62,437 nucleotides of DNA. Origin: Octopus bimaculoides. Taxonomy: Eukaryota. Below the pieces are notes generated by a model, which was given only the letters and a program-made list of their open reading frames with translations, was not told the origin of the DNA and did no database searches. The DNA lies in NCBI RefSeq assembly GCF_001194135.2, contig NC_068985.1, positions 168,095-230,531 on the forward strand, read 5' to 3'. The position numbers were made by a program, and so were the translations under genes. Positions 49,875 to 62,339 of this stretch are shown here, one piece after another. Numbering within the stretch: the stretch's first letter is position 1; each line of letters opens with the position of its first letter.

Positions 49875-50378
49875 TTATTTAAAGACCTGTTGGGGCAAGC
49901 GAAAGTGAAATCGTGATGGTACCTGTACCAGTAGATCACTAAGAGCACCGTCCGAGTGTGATCATTGCCAGAGCACCAGCTGACCAGCTTCCATGCCGGT
50001 GGCACGTAAATAGCACCATTTGAGTGTGATCGTTACCAACATCGCCTTCTTGGCACTTGTGCCAGTAGCACGTGAAAAGACATTCGAACGAGATCGTTGC
50101 CAGTACCGCTGGACTAGCTCCTGTGCAGGTGGCACGTAAAATACACCATTTCGAGCATGGCCATTGCCAGTACCTGCTGACTGGCCTTCGTGCCAGTGGC
50201 ACATAAAAGCACCCACTACACTCACAGAGTGGTTGGCGTTAGGAAGGGCATCCAGCTGTAGAAACTCTGCCAAATCAGATTGGAGCCTGATGTAGCCATC
50301 TGGTTCACCAGTCCTCAGTGAAATCGTCTAACCCATACTAGCATGGAAAGCGGACGTTAAACGATGATGATGATGATA
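49875..50378 (+). mobile_element. RTE 3'UTR with 4-5 hairpin units and GAT tail
   Basis: gtgccagtggcac-type units; ends ggaaagcggacgttaaacgatgatgat. Confidence 0.9.
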
Positions 50379-50385
50379 TATATAT

Positions 50386-51224
50386 NNNNNNNNNNNNNNN
50401 NNNNNNNNNNNNNNNNNNNNNNNNNNNNNNNNNNNNNNNNNNNNNNNNNNNNNNNNNNNNNNNNNNNNNNNNNNNNNNNNNNNNNNNNNNNNNNNNNNNN
50501 NNNNNNNNNNNNNNNNNNNNNNNNNNNNNNNNNNNNNNNNNNNNNNNNNNNNNNNNNNNNNNNNNNNNNNNNNNNNNNNNNNNNNNNNNNNNNNNNNNNN
50601 NNNNNNNNNNNNNNNNNNNNNNNNNNNNNNNNNNNNNNNNNNNNNNNNNNNNNNNNNNNNNNNNNNNNNNNNNNNNNNNNNNNNNNNNNNNNNNNNNNNN
50701 NNNNNNNNNNNNNNNNNNNNNNNNNNNNNNNNNNNNNNNNNNNNNNNNNNNNNNNNNNNNNNNNNNNNNNNNNNNNNNNNNNNNNNNNNNNNNNNNNNNN
50801 NNNNNNNNNNNNNNNNNNNNNNNNNNNNNNNNNNNNNNNNNNNNNNNNNNNNNNNNNNNNNNNNNNNNNNNNNNNNNNNNNNNNNNNNNNNNNNNNNNNN
50901 NNNNNNNNNNNNNNNNNNNNNNNNNNNNNNNNNNNNNNNNNNNNNNNNNNNNNNNNNNNNNNNNNNNNNNNNNNNNNNNNNNNNNNNNNNNNNNNNNNNN
51001 NNNNNNNNNNNNNNNNNNNNNNNNNNNNNNNNNNNNNNNNNNNNNNNNNNNNNNNNNNNNNNNNNNNNNNNNNNNNNNNNNNNNNNNNNNNNNNNNNNNN
51101 NNNNNNNNNNNNNNNNNNNNNNNNNNNNNNNNNNNNNNNNNNNNNNNNNNNNNNNNNNNNNNNNNNNNNNNNNNNNNNNNNNNNNNNNNNNNNNNNNNNN
51201 NNNNNNNNNNNNNNNNNNNNNNNN
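50386..51224. other. Assembly gap (largest; others at 21398-21494, 30459-30474, 40665-40674, 60033-60062)
   Basis: Runs of N, mostly bounded by (TA)n or by duplicated flanks. Confidence 0.99.
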
Positions 51225-51294
<70 letters not shown>

Positions 51295-51296
<2 letters not shown>

Positions 51297-51925
51297 TCGC
51301 ACACCATTGTTGTTTTGGCATGCACTGGGCCCACTGCCAATAAAATTATTAAGTTGGTAAAACTTTCAAAAGCAACAGTTTGTCTTGTGTATAGAAAATT
51401 TAAAGAAGAGGGAAAGGTTGATAGGAAAGAAAACAAAACTCCAAACACAATCCTAAGTTTCTTGCTGACCTTAAACGTTCGATTGAAGCCAACCCATCCA
51501 CATCCATGACAACTCTAGCAAAGAAATGCAATGTGTTCCTTTCGTCAGTGTCTTGGAACTGTGAACAGGAACCTTGGCATGACTAGCTATTTTCGATGAC
51601 GCCATCACCTCCGAACAGCCAAGGCCAAAACAAACAGAGCTGAGAAATGCCCAAATATTCTGTCATTCATCAAGCATCAGGGTGCAGGAAAAACTCTCAT
51701 GTTTGTGGATGAGAAGAAGTTCACTGTGGACGCTGAGGTGAATCACAGAAATTCTAGAGTGATTACATACAACCCTTCTGACGTCCCCTGTGTTTGAGAC
51801 TAAGAATCCTGCCTCTGTGATGGTATTTAGGGCCATATCAAGTGATGGAAGTATCATGATCCACACTTCATTGAGTCTGGCTTGAAGATCGGCATAAAGG
51901 AATATCTTGACATCCTGAAGAACTC
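51295..51925 (+). mobile_element. maT/DD37D-type transposase 5' portion (decayed)
   Basis: LKRSIEANPSTSM; LMFVDEKKFTVDAEVNHRNSR; TKNPASVMVF.AISSDG. Confidence 0.82.
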
Positions 51926-52589
51926 TGTTTTTCTTGTAACTACTTGATAATACTCTATTTCTGCTTTCCTTCTATAGTTTCTAAGCCTGACTTTTAGCTT
52001 TTATAGTTCTAATTACTGTATCATTCCATTTTTGTGTTTTGGTTTGGTTGGGACTATGCACGAGCCACATACCAAGCAATGGGATTTAAGGGGCTTTGCA
52101 ATGGTTCACATGAACCAGCTACTAAAATTACCCAAGTACAATGAACCAATTCTTAAATTCTATGACTTATTGACAATGTAGCTACTAACTCCTTATTAAC
52201 ACACTCAGGAAAGAAGCTAAAAAGGTGTTGACTTCAATATGGCTAAATGAAATAAAATACAGGAGACTGACCAGTGAAAGTTATCTCTACAGATATTCTC
52301 TAGAAATTATAGCCAGCACTGATTTTTGTTACTCTTCCACAGTTTCTGTTTAGTTGGTGAGGCTCGACACTTTTGTATGCAACAATTAGTTTCCATATAT
52401 AGCATATATGCCTCTCCCAGCACAGAAACTGTGGAAGAGTAAAATGGAAGAAAATATGGCATGAAGTGGTGAAGCTGACCTGAAGATGCTGCATCTCATG
52501 ATAAATGATCATTGATGATGTGCATTGCTATTGAAAACCTATCCATCCATGACTATATTTACATTAACAACTGGGTAGTGTGTGTGTGT

Positions 52590-53110
52590 GTGTGTGTGTG
52601 TATTCCCTGTGAAGCCCAACTTAACACTGCTCATCTCACATCCCCTCTTATTTTGTATCCTTACTCTCACTCCATGATTCACATAACTTCATCACTCCCA
52701 GCCTCCTCATCTCACCTATTACACTCATTCTATTGTACTCCTAACTACCACATTCTCTCCCAGGCCACTCTATTGCCATCAAACATTTCCACTTGCTTTT
52801 ATCTCAGTACCCAACATTACAAATCTATCCTATCTTTTAGCATTTTTCTCTTACTGCACTCACATGATTTCTCTTCAACATACATCTTTTTACTTACACA
52901 TCCATTAGAACATGTTAGCTCCTTTCTTTCTATTTATTTGCAAGTCTCCTTCATTTAAGGCCCATATCTTGCTATCATGTGACATAGCCGTACTAACACA
53001 AGTCAAACAGTTTGTCCTTCATTTTGATGGAAAAGACATTTGCCTGGCTACTATGCTTTTAAGACGATCATCTTCCCTGCTAATTATGTCTTCTAGATAT
53101 GCACTTGAAT
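52590..53110 (-). mobile_element. Ancient RTE C-terminal fragment
   Basis: KLFDLCVSTAMSHDSKIWAL is a decayed RLYDACVRTAMLHGSETWA. Confidence 0.6.
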
Positions 53111-54351
53111 TCTGCCTTTAATACTAAAATAGTTCTTCACACTTGATTTTGAATTCTAAGTTTCAGTATAATATTACAGATTGTGCAGAGTGTTTCTTGG
53201 ATGAGCATAGACAATTGTAATCGCAAGCAACACGAATGTAGTGGATCCTTGTTAATCTTGAAGTGTGACAGAAAAAAAAAAACATTTCTACAACAGTGTG
53301 TGAATAACACAAGTGTTAAGTGAGAATATGAATTTAAAACATTGAACAAGAAATCCATTAAATGAACCAAGTAGTGGCAATACTAAATTCTTGACCAAGA
53401 GTTAGTACATGAATAGCTAGTACATTAGTGGTAGTCATTGCAGAAATAACTGGTAAATAAATAATAAACACTATCAATAACTGCTATAACATTAACTGTA
53501 GCCACTAAAATCACTCTTATACTGAAAGATTACTTCATATTTTATGTATTATTGGATTGAATAAATATTTGCACTTTGCTAAAATGGATTTGCTCTGAAT
53601 GTTTTCTGTAGTACAAAGTAAATTTAATTTCGGGGATCATTGACATTAATTTTCTAAGTAATAGGTTTCTAGAAATGTCTTGTCAAATTTAAATCAGCAG
53701 ACTGAATAAGTTAATTTATTACTGTAACCTTCTTCACCTGACTTCATATCCATTTGTGCTATGACTATTTGACCGTTATCATGCTAAAGACAGATGATTA
53801 AAAGCCTAATGGATTATTACCAATGATTATTACGACTGATTTTTTAAAAATCCACTCATTTTTACCCACTAATTCCCATGTGATAACCAAGGCTAGAAAT
53901 CACTAAATATGTAGCTCAGCATTCTGATTTTCACACTGCCTTTTTATCAATTCTGGTTGCTAATATATAGCCAACTGGTGCCTAGCTTAACAAGATCTTT
54001 TTGGTTTGAGCTATTTCTAATTTTATTGAAATTTTCCACATTAATATAGTTTTCATACAATTTATAAAAATCACAACCATTTTTTTCAAGAAATTAATAA
54101 AAAAAATTGTGAACCTTTAAAGATAGAATTTGTAATTATAATTCTAGTCAATCAAATCCACTCCTTCTTGGAATGCTGTCATGAACTTATTTAAGGCACT
54201 AGTTTTGTTCTTGTTTTGGTTTTAATTTTTGAAACATTTTCTAAAATAATTAATAATAAAACTGTTACAAACCTTGTAAAGTTGAGGAATATTTTAATGA
54301 AAGAAAATGAAACCAAACAAATTAAAATTTACAATGACATAATTTTGTAAT

Positions 54352-54770
54352 GCAGGTACAGGCAAGACTGTGTGGTTAAGAAGTTTGCTTCTGAATCACA
54401 AGGTTCAATCCCACTGCACAGTACCTTGGACAAATATCTTTTATTGTAACCCAGGGCTGATCAAAGCTTTGTGAGTGGATTTGAAACATGGAAAGTGAAA
54501 AAGGTTTGTGTAAAAGCATGAAATCTTCTGCTCTTTAGTCACTCTGTACCTTCTGCTGACTAATAATACATGCATGTGTGTCTGTGTGTCTCTCCTAGTC
54601 CTATTGTCATGGGGTGGTTATAAATGAGCATCACTATCATATAAACAGTATCATTCATTTTTAATCATCAGTGATATGTCTGACCAAGGGAAAATATTAC
54701 TTTGCTTGGAAACATGCGAGAGTTGGTGACAGGAAAGGCATTTCACAATAAAATGATGATGATAATGACT
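54352..54770 (+). mobile_element. Degenerate tRNA-headed SINE ending in an RTE-like GAT tail
   Basis: ggcaagactgtgtggttaagaagtttgctt...; ends ggtgacaggaaaggcat...aaatgatgatgat. Confidence 0.6.
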
Positions 54771-54771
54771 A

Positions 54772-54900
54772 AAAATCCTAAACCCAATCCTAAACTTAGA
54801 CCTTCACCCTAAACACTCTAAAACCTTACTCTAAATCCTCTAAGCCTTAATCCTATCCTTAAATCCTGATCTCTAAAACCTAATCCAACTCTGACCCCAA
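54772..54900. repeat. Degenerate (CCCTAA)n-like array
   Basis: cctaaacccaatcctaaactt...accctaaac...aacctaatcc. Confidence 0.6.
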
Positions 54901-55053
54901 AATGGTTTTGATTGGTTACTATGGGAACATATACAAATAACATCATCTGTTGGATGGGATGTTCAGAAATGTGGCTAAAATTACAAATGATTTCAATCTT
55001 TAAAAAATTTTTATCATTAATTCTCCCCTACAAAAATGGTTTTGAAATACTAC

Positions 55054-55136
55054 CTTGAAATTTGCAATAAAACTGGAATAATTAGTTGAAACCAAAATAA
55101 TTTATTTAATGTATTAGAATGTCGCCATGTGTTCAT
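55054..55136 (-). CDS. Candidate first coding exon with signal-peptide-like sequence (unconfirmed)
   Basis: ATG...MNTWRHSNTLNKLFWFQLIIPVLLQIS, then AG|gtagta. It ends in phase 2, so a bridging exon would be needed to reach exon A. Confidence 0.2.
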
Positions 55137-55629
55137 AATCACCAATTTGCATTAAACACTGTTTTTTCTTTTTTTAAAGAAACTTGCCAAGCACTGAATA
55201 TCCTTATCATAAACATTTGACTTTGGTGACATTTGTTTTGATTTTCATATCATTAAAAGGAAACCTGATGGATTTATGACCAGAAAATGATTAATCATAT
55301 TTACTGATTATAAGTCACATGAAAAGAAAATAATGATAAAGAAATCCAAGTTCAAATTACATTCTAGAAAGCAATCATCATCATCAACATCATCAAATAT
55401 ATGTATGTGTTTGTTTGTGTGTGTGTTAGGAAGTCAAATGTTATGGCTGGTCAGAGAGTGGCCATTGGTTTCACACCTATAATGTGCTTAACCAAATAGG
55501 TGACTCATCATACTCAAGGATATATCATATGGCTACCTGCTTTATAGGTGCAAAACCAATGGTCATTCTCTGACTGGGCATAAACGTTCAACTTGGCAAA
55601 AAAATATATTACAGCTTTAATGTTTTAGA

Positions 55630-56500
55630 GTGTGCTTCTTTTTACACTCTTGGAGTGGTTGGCATTAGGAAGGGCACCCAGTTGTAGAAACCATGCAAAA
55701 TCAGACTGGAACTTGGTGCAGCTCTCTGGCTTACCAGTTCCAGTCAAACCATCTAACCCATGTCAGCATGGAAAGTGGACGGTCAATGATGATGATGATG
55801 ATGAAGAAGAGGATGTATATATATATCATCATCATAATCATAAGATCATTTAGTGTCTGTTTTCCATGCTGACATGGGTTAGACAACTTGATTGGAACTG
55901 GTAAGCCAGAGAGTTGTACCAGGCTCCAGTCTGATTTTGGCTCAGGTTTCCATGGCTTGATGCCCTTCCTAACGCCAATCACTCCCTGAGTGTAGTGGGT
56001 GCCTTTTACATGTTACCAGTACAGGTGCCTTTTATTTGTCACCAGCACAAGTGCTGCTGTTTACATGCAACCAGCATAGGTCACTGGGACTGTCCGCAAC
56101 TATAGTTTCACTTGGTTTGATGAGTAATTCTCAAGCAAGCAAATTATCAAAGGTCTCAATCACTGTGAGACCCAATATTCAAAGATCATGTTGCACTGCT
56201 TTGTCCCAGGTCTTCCTGGGTCTACCTCTTCCACAGGTTCCTTCGACAGTTAAATATTGGCACATTTTACACAGCTGTTCTCATCCATACACATCACATG
56301 ACCATATCGGCACAGTCGTCTCTCTTGTACATTGCATCTGATGTCTCTTATACCCAATTTTGCTCTCAAAATGCTTGCACTCTGTTGCACATGCACACTG
56401 ACATTGCACATCCAGTGAAGCACACTAACTCCATTTCTTTCAAGTCTCCACATCTCCTCTGCAGTCACAGCCCATGTTTCACTGCTGTGTTGCATGGCTG
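55630..56500. mobile_element. Tail-to-tail RTE copies: plus strand 55630-55805, minus strand 55825-56500
   Basis: (GAT)n and (ATC)n tails meet at a (TA)n; the minus copy extends into the RT C-terminus (SETWAVTAEEM). Confidence 0.88.
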
Positions 56501-57584
56501 TTTGCTCTATATATAAACAATCAGCACAGAAGAATAGTTCAGCAATATGAATACTCTCATGTGTGGCTTTGAAAAGTGGGGAAGAAGTGAATAGTCCTAA
56601 AAATAGAGATAGCCATTGCTCAGTCTGACTGAGAAGGGATGAGCCATCTTAAAGCCATCAGAATAATACTATAAAAATTACATTTTTATGAAAATACAAA
56701 TTGAAATTGTTATTTTGACTGAACAGGAAGGGAACTGTAGTGTTAGTTACATAGATATATTTTTATGGTCAGTTATAAATATGTTCTATGGCATGGATAT
56801 ATAACATGCTTAATTACTGTATTGATCTGAATGAATATGTAATGATACATGCTAATACTATGCCTGGCTTGGCTTCATGCTCTTGCCTGATAGGGCTGGG
56901 GTCATTCCAAGTTAGTGGTCCCAGTGGTATTATTATGCGTAGAGCCGACCAGTTTCACCAGTGCTTTTCAGTGCTGGCAGTCCTGTGCCAGCCCCTCTGC
57001 ATCTTCCGAAGTGATGTCGAACAATACTATGTCAGTATGAACATAAAATAGGAGGGAAAATGATTAAGCTTGGAATGCATATATTATGAGAATAGACTAT
57101 GTAGGACAGATGAAAAGGATCAACCAAATATAGGGAGGAAGCAACACACATCCCTATCACACCATCTTACAGATGAGACTGTGAAAGAAAATTCAAGGGA
57201 TTTATATTAAAATATGAAGAAAAAAAGTGCTTGATAAACGAATAAAAATAGAAAAATTTCCACACCATGTGTGCACATGAACACACACACACACACACAC
57301 ACACGTTTACAGACAACAGAGTGAGGGAAGGTGAGAGCTAGCTGTGGCTAGAAGCAGTCACACCAGTCTCTATTGAGTATCAAATTGTTCTCAGTAAAAC
57401 TTTACATCCTTTCACCACTGAGTATTGTATTGATGGAAACATTTTGACTTCATTGATTTGAACAGTTGTTGTAAATGATACTTTTGCACTTTTCTCTCTC
57501 TCTCTCCTGGAACTTCTAAATACACAAACTACAATACTATACCACTGAGACTGTACATAGTTTTTAAATCACAACTTTCTTACT

Positions 57585-57621
<37 letters not shown>

Positions 57622-57804
57622 TTTCGATACTTCTCTTTACATTGGTCTTTATATCATTTTGCAAATATTTCTTCTCTCTCTGGACCTCTGAAGTCTGACA
57701 AAGTATTTTCACTTCTCTTAATGTGATACCAGTCTAGAAAAATTCATGAACATCATGGTGATATTTCAATATTTGAACCTTTACATGTGTTTGTGTGTGT
57801 ATAA

Positions 57805-58078
57805 TATATGGCTTAATGGTTAAGGTGTTGCACTCACGATCATGTGATTGTGATTTCAATTCCTAGACTGAGCAGTGAAGTGTGCTCTTGAGAAAAACAC
57901 TTCATGCCATATTGTTCTTCGATGCATAGTACACTGTGCACCTGTCCAGGTAAGGTAGATTTGATTGAGAGAGTGAGCTAATGTATAATGCATACATTTG
58001 ATCACTATAAACAAATTATTTGTGTAGGTCATTTGGCAAAAACTGAACACTCATCTGCTGTCTTTAACAGGTGAGTCC

Positions 58079-58080
<2 letters not shown>
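57805..58080 (+). mobile_element. Degenerate tRNA-headed SINE of the 15276 family
   Basis: ggcttaatggttaagg...atttcaattcctagac head; microsatellite on both flanks. Confidence 0.55.
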
Positions 58081-58117
<37 letters not shown>

Positions 58118-59384
58118 CCAGTGTCTGTAAGACATGTAAAACACCAATACATAAATTTATCTATGCAAATATTCTTATTCAGTTATATCAGAATCCAGCC
58201 AATATTCTATTTTCTTCATTATTTTCTAATATCAAGGTCTTACATGCTAAAATGCTACAGTGATTAGAAAATAACATCCTCAGGATAACTACAAAAATGA
58301 TTCTGGCAGAATATTGCAGTATAAAGAAACTAAAGGGTCTAATGATCGATAAAATGCCTAGGACTTATAAAGTGAAAAGAAAATTGCCCAAGTAGATCGA
58401 ACTCTCAACAAGGATACTGTCAAGAATGCCAGAGACCTGTCAGGTCTGTCAAATCCAAAGCTGTTCTAGTTCTGTGATGGTTTTGAAACAGTTCAATTGT
58501 TTGCAAACCTTGCACTCTGAACTTCTTATTCTGTTAAGACCATTTGCATTTTGATTGATTCATATTATATCTCATTTATGTTTCTTTGGTGATATTTTTC
58601 TAAAACGTTAGAATGTAGATTTGTAAAATGAGAAACAGATATTATTTTAGAAAGGATAGAGGTATACGATATTAGTATTGAAAGAAAAGGTTGAAAGGAA
58701 ATAGTTGAAGTTATAAAACAAATTAGATATTTATTCCTAATTATTGAGGAGAATTAATTCATTTAAAAATATAATTTTTATTGAGAAAGACGAAACTTAA
58801 AATAGAATCATGACATGAAACTACCAAACTGATAAAGAACACACTTTCTCACTGTCACAATAAACATAAGAGTTCTTTGTAATTGACATGCAATCATTTC
58901 TAAAGATGGTTTCTGAATTTATATTTTGTGACTCCACTTTAATTACTTATCCCAATTGCAAATTTATTCCAGTGGTTTTGAATGGGCGAAAGATGACAAT
59001 AACCTTAACAGAAGTATAAACTTGTCTCCTTTAATTATCACCTGTACCATTCACTTGAGAGTTAAAGATATGGATCCAACTCATATTTTAATTGCTGTAG
59101 TATGAAAAAATAAATATGGAATAATGATAAGTGGATACTGAAATTTTAATCGTTTTCTTCACTGAGATTACATTAACAACACATATGCACACGCGCACGC
59201 ATGCCTACAAACACACACACACACACACATATATGCCAGTAAAGAAGCAAAAATATCAATACATATAAGGCCTAAAAGTCAGAATATAAAGTTAAACATT
59301 CCAGCCTTCACAAACACAATGAGAAGTCAGTGCCTGTAGAGGTAACGTTACAAGAATGGTAAGAATTGTTGTAATATTTTGCAT

Positions 59385-59610
59385 GGTAAAGGTGGTGAGC
59401 AGGCAAAAACATTAGAATGCCGGGCAAAATGCTTAGTGGTATTTTGTCTGTCTTTATATTCTGAGTTCAAATTCGACTGAGATCGACTTTGTCTTTCATC
59501 CTTTCAGGAGTTGATAAATTAAGTACTAGTTGCATACTGGGGTCAATCTAATTGACTGCCCCCCCACCTCCCCCAAAATTTCAGGCCTTGTGCCTAGAGT
59601 AGAAAGGAAT
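59385..59610 (+). mobile_element. tRNA-headed SINE with Nin-domain-like body
   Basis: ggtggtgagcaggcaaa...ttctgagttcaaattc...ctttcatcctttcagg.gttgataaattaagtac; inverse of 26705-26928. Confidence 0.82.
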
Positions 59611-59992
59611 ATTTTACCTGTTAAAAATGAAGCTGATCGATTTGAAAATCTGAACAACAGTTGAAGGCTTGATGTCACGACTGGTGTAAGGTTTATATCT
59701 TTCCATTTTCGTTGATGTTTATTATAATTTATATATAACTTTAATTTATTTATGAGATAACAATTTTATTAAACATCAGTGGAATTTTAAAATAAATCCT
59801 ACATAGAGAACTTTAAAAACATGCAGAAAGGCATATTGCCATCGGCCTGCTTTCATATTTGGCTCTACTTTTAGATAAATTTGTTATACTCTTCATTCCT
59901 TCTCTGGAATGATGAATAGAATGAAGCAAAAAAAGAGTCAGAAGCCAAAGAATGAGTCAAAATGGTCATACACATATATACACACACACACA

Positions 59993-60032
<40 letters not shown>

Positions 60033-60062
60033 NNNNNNNNNNNNNNNNNNNNNNNNNNNNNN

Positions 60063-61372
60063 TTTCCATGCTGGCATGGGTTGGACGGTTTGACTGAGGA
60101 CTGGCGAGCCAGGAGGCTGCACCAGGCTCCAATCTGATCTGGCAAGGTTTCTACAGCTGGATGCCCTTCCTAACACCAACCACTCTGAGAGCATAGTGGG
60201 CGCTTTTTATGTGCCACCAGCATGGGAGCCAGTCATGTGAGACTGGCATCGACCATGCTCAAATGGTGCTTTTTATGTGCTACCAACATGGATGCCAATC
60301 AAGCAGCACTGGCATCGGCCACAACTACAATTTCACTTGATTCAACAGGTCTTCTCAAGCACAGCATATTGCCCAATGATTGAAGGGTACTTTTAAACAG
60401 GGCAGTTATGCAACACTGGCCACGGCTATGGCTACGATCTCAGCTTGCCGGGTCTTCTCAAGCACAGCATGTCTCCAAAGGTCTCAGCATATCTCCAAGA
60501 TCTCAGTAGCAGGGGTTGGTGCTCTGAGAGCATAGCTGCTTGAATAAGAATAGTTTGGGGCAAAGTTCAGAGAGCTCCTACCACTGCTGGTAACAGAAGG
60601 CCTCTTGCTCAGAGTGAAAGGTAGACTGTAAGGTGCATGTATGCAAACAGCCATGCTACACGGCAGTGAAACACGGGCTGTGACTGCTGAGGACATGCTT
60701 AGGCTTGAAAGAAATGAAGCTAGTATGCTACACTGGATGTGTAATGTCAGTGGGCATAAAAGACAGAGTGTAAGCACCCTGAGAGAAAAGTTGGACATAA
60801 GAAGCATCAGATGTGGTGTGCAAGAGAGATGACTGAGCTGGTATGGTCATGTGCTGCATATGGATGAGGGCAGCTTTATGAAGAAGCGTCATACCCTAAC
60901 AGTGGAAGGAACCTGTGGAAGAGGGAGACCCAGGAAGACCTGGGATGAGGTGGTGAAGCATGACCTTCAAACGTTGGGCAATGACAAGTGACCAATACCT
61001 TTGAAGATATGCTGTGGTTGAGAAGACCCAGCAAGCCAAGTGAGATCATAACTGTGGCCTATGCCAGTGCAGCATGACCAGCCCATTTAAGAGTACCCTT
61101 CAATCATTGGGCAATATACTGTGCATGTGAAAACCTGTTGAATCAAGTGAAATCATTGTTGTGGCCGATACCGATACTGCCTGACTGGCACCCATGCTGG
61201 TGGCATGTAAAAAGCACCCACTGCACTCTCAGAGTGGTTGGCATTAGGAAGGGCATCCAGCAGTAGAAACATTGCCAGATCAGATTGGAGCCTGGTGCAG
61301 CCTCCTGGTTGTCAGCCATCAGTCAAACCGTCCAACCCATGCCAGCATGGAAAGCAGACGTTAAACGATGAT
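60063..61372. mobile_element. Head-to-head RTE copies: minus strand 60063-60490, plus strand 60500-61372
   Basis: Both carry the full 3'UTR; the plus copy includes TAMLHGSETRAV...GRPRKTWDEVVK. Confidence 0.9.
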
Positions 61373-61397
61373 TGATATATATATATATATATATACA

Positions 61398-62170
61398 CAG
61401 GGTGTGGAAAATAAACTGTCGTCTAAATTATGCAAAAATGAAAATAACACTGACATCTCATTTTAACAGATATATTTACCAAAATTACATAAAAATATCT
61501 TCAAATACTAAAGAGTAAATTTATTCAATAAAATCGCAATTGGCTTCAACCAGTCTCCAGGTGACTTCAGAATGTTCTGCAACTCTTCTGTTTAACTTGG
61601 TGAATGCTTCCATAACCCTTGCCTTCAATTCATCATTGGTGTTACAAGGAGTTTTGTTGGTCCCTTGCTTAACTGCCCCATACATAACAATCAAGGGGGT
61701 TGCAGTCTGGGGAGTTAGGTGCCCAGATGTTAGGGGTGAAGTGGTCACAGAAATTGTCTGACAGCCATGACCAGGTTATCCTGCTTGTGTAGTATGGTGC
61801 AGAATCCTGTTGCCAGACACAGGATCTTCCAGCAGCCACTCTCTTGACCCAGGGCAGCATACCTCCTCCAAACACTTGATGTAGGCTTCTGTGTTGAGTC
61901 TGAGGCTGTGTGGGAAGATGAATGAAGGCATAATGTTGCCATCACTAGAGATCACTTCAAACACCAAGATGTTGACTGAATGTTTGATTTTTATCACTCT
62001 CGGTACATGTCCTCAGATTGACACCCAAACACTCTGAAATGTTGGTATTGGAGCTTCTGACATGAATGCCAAAAGATGCAGCATATCATTTCCAAATTTC
62101 TGGCAGAGTGAATTGTGTCATGGTGCTGTTTTTCTTACAGACAGTGCCCAACTGACCCTACAATACTGAG
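61398..62170 (-). mobile_element. maT/DD37D transposon 3' portion with one TIR
   Basis: ILVFEVISSDG; VWQQDSAP; WAPNSPDCNPLDCYVWG; terminus cagggtgtggaaaa next to (TA)n. Confidence 0.85.
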
Positions 62171-62239
62171 TAGTTGACAAAATCCAAAACAAACAATGTG
62201 CATGTGCAAAATAAAAAATGGCAACAATTTACCCATCGC

Positions 62240-62290
<51 letters not shown>

Positions 62291-62339
62291 GTATATGTGT
62301 GTATGTGTTTATATATATGTCTGAATGAGTGTGTGCATG

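Noticed and set aside
49900-50220. Repeat-spacer look of the 65-nt hairpin units (CRISPR-like)
   Set aside because: The units are degenerate along their whole length, the intervening parts are homologous to one another, the array is part of a LINE 3'UTR repeated across the window, and there are no cas genes.
50328-51509. Long ORFs of 324-381 aa
   Set aside because: Artefacts of translating through N runs and (TA)n/(CA)n.
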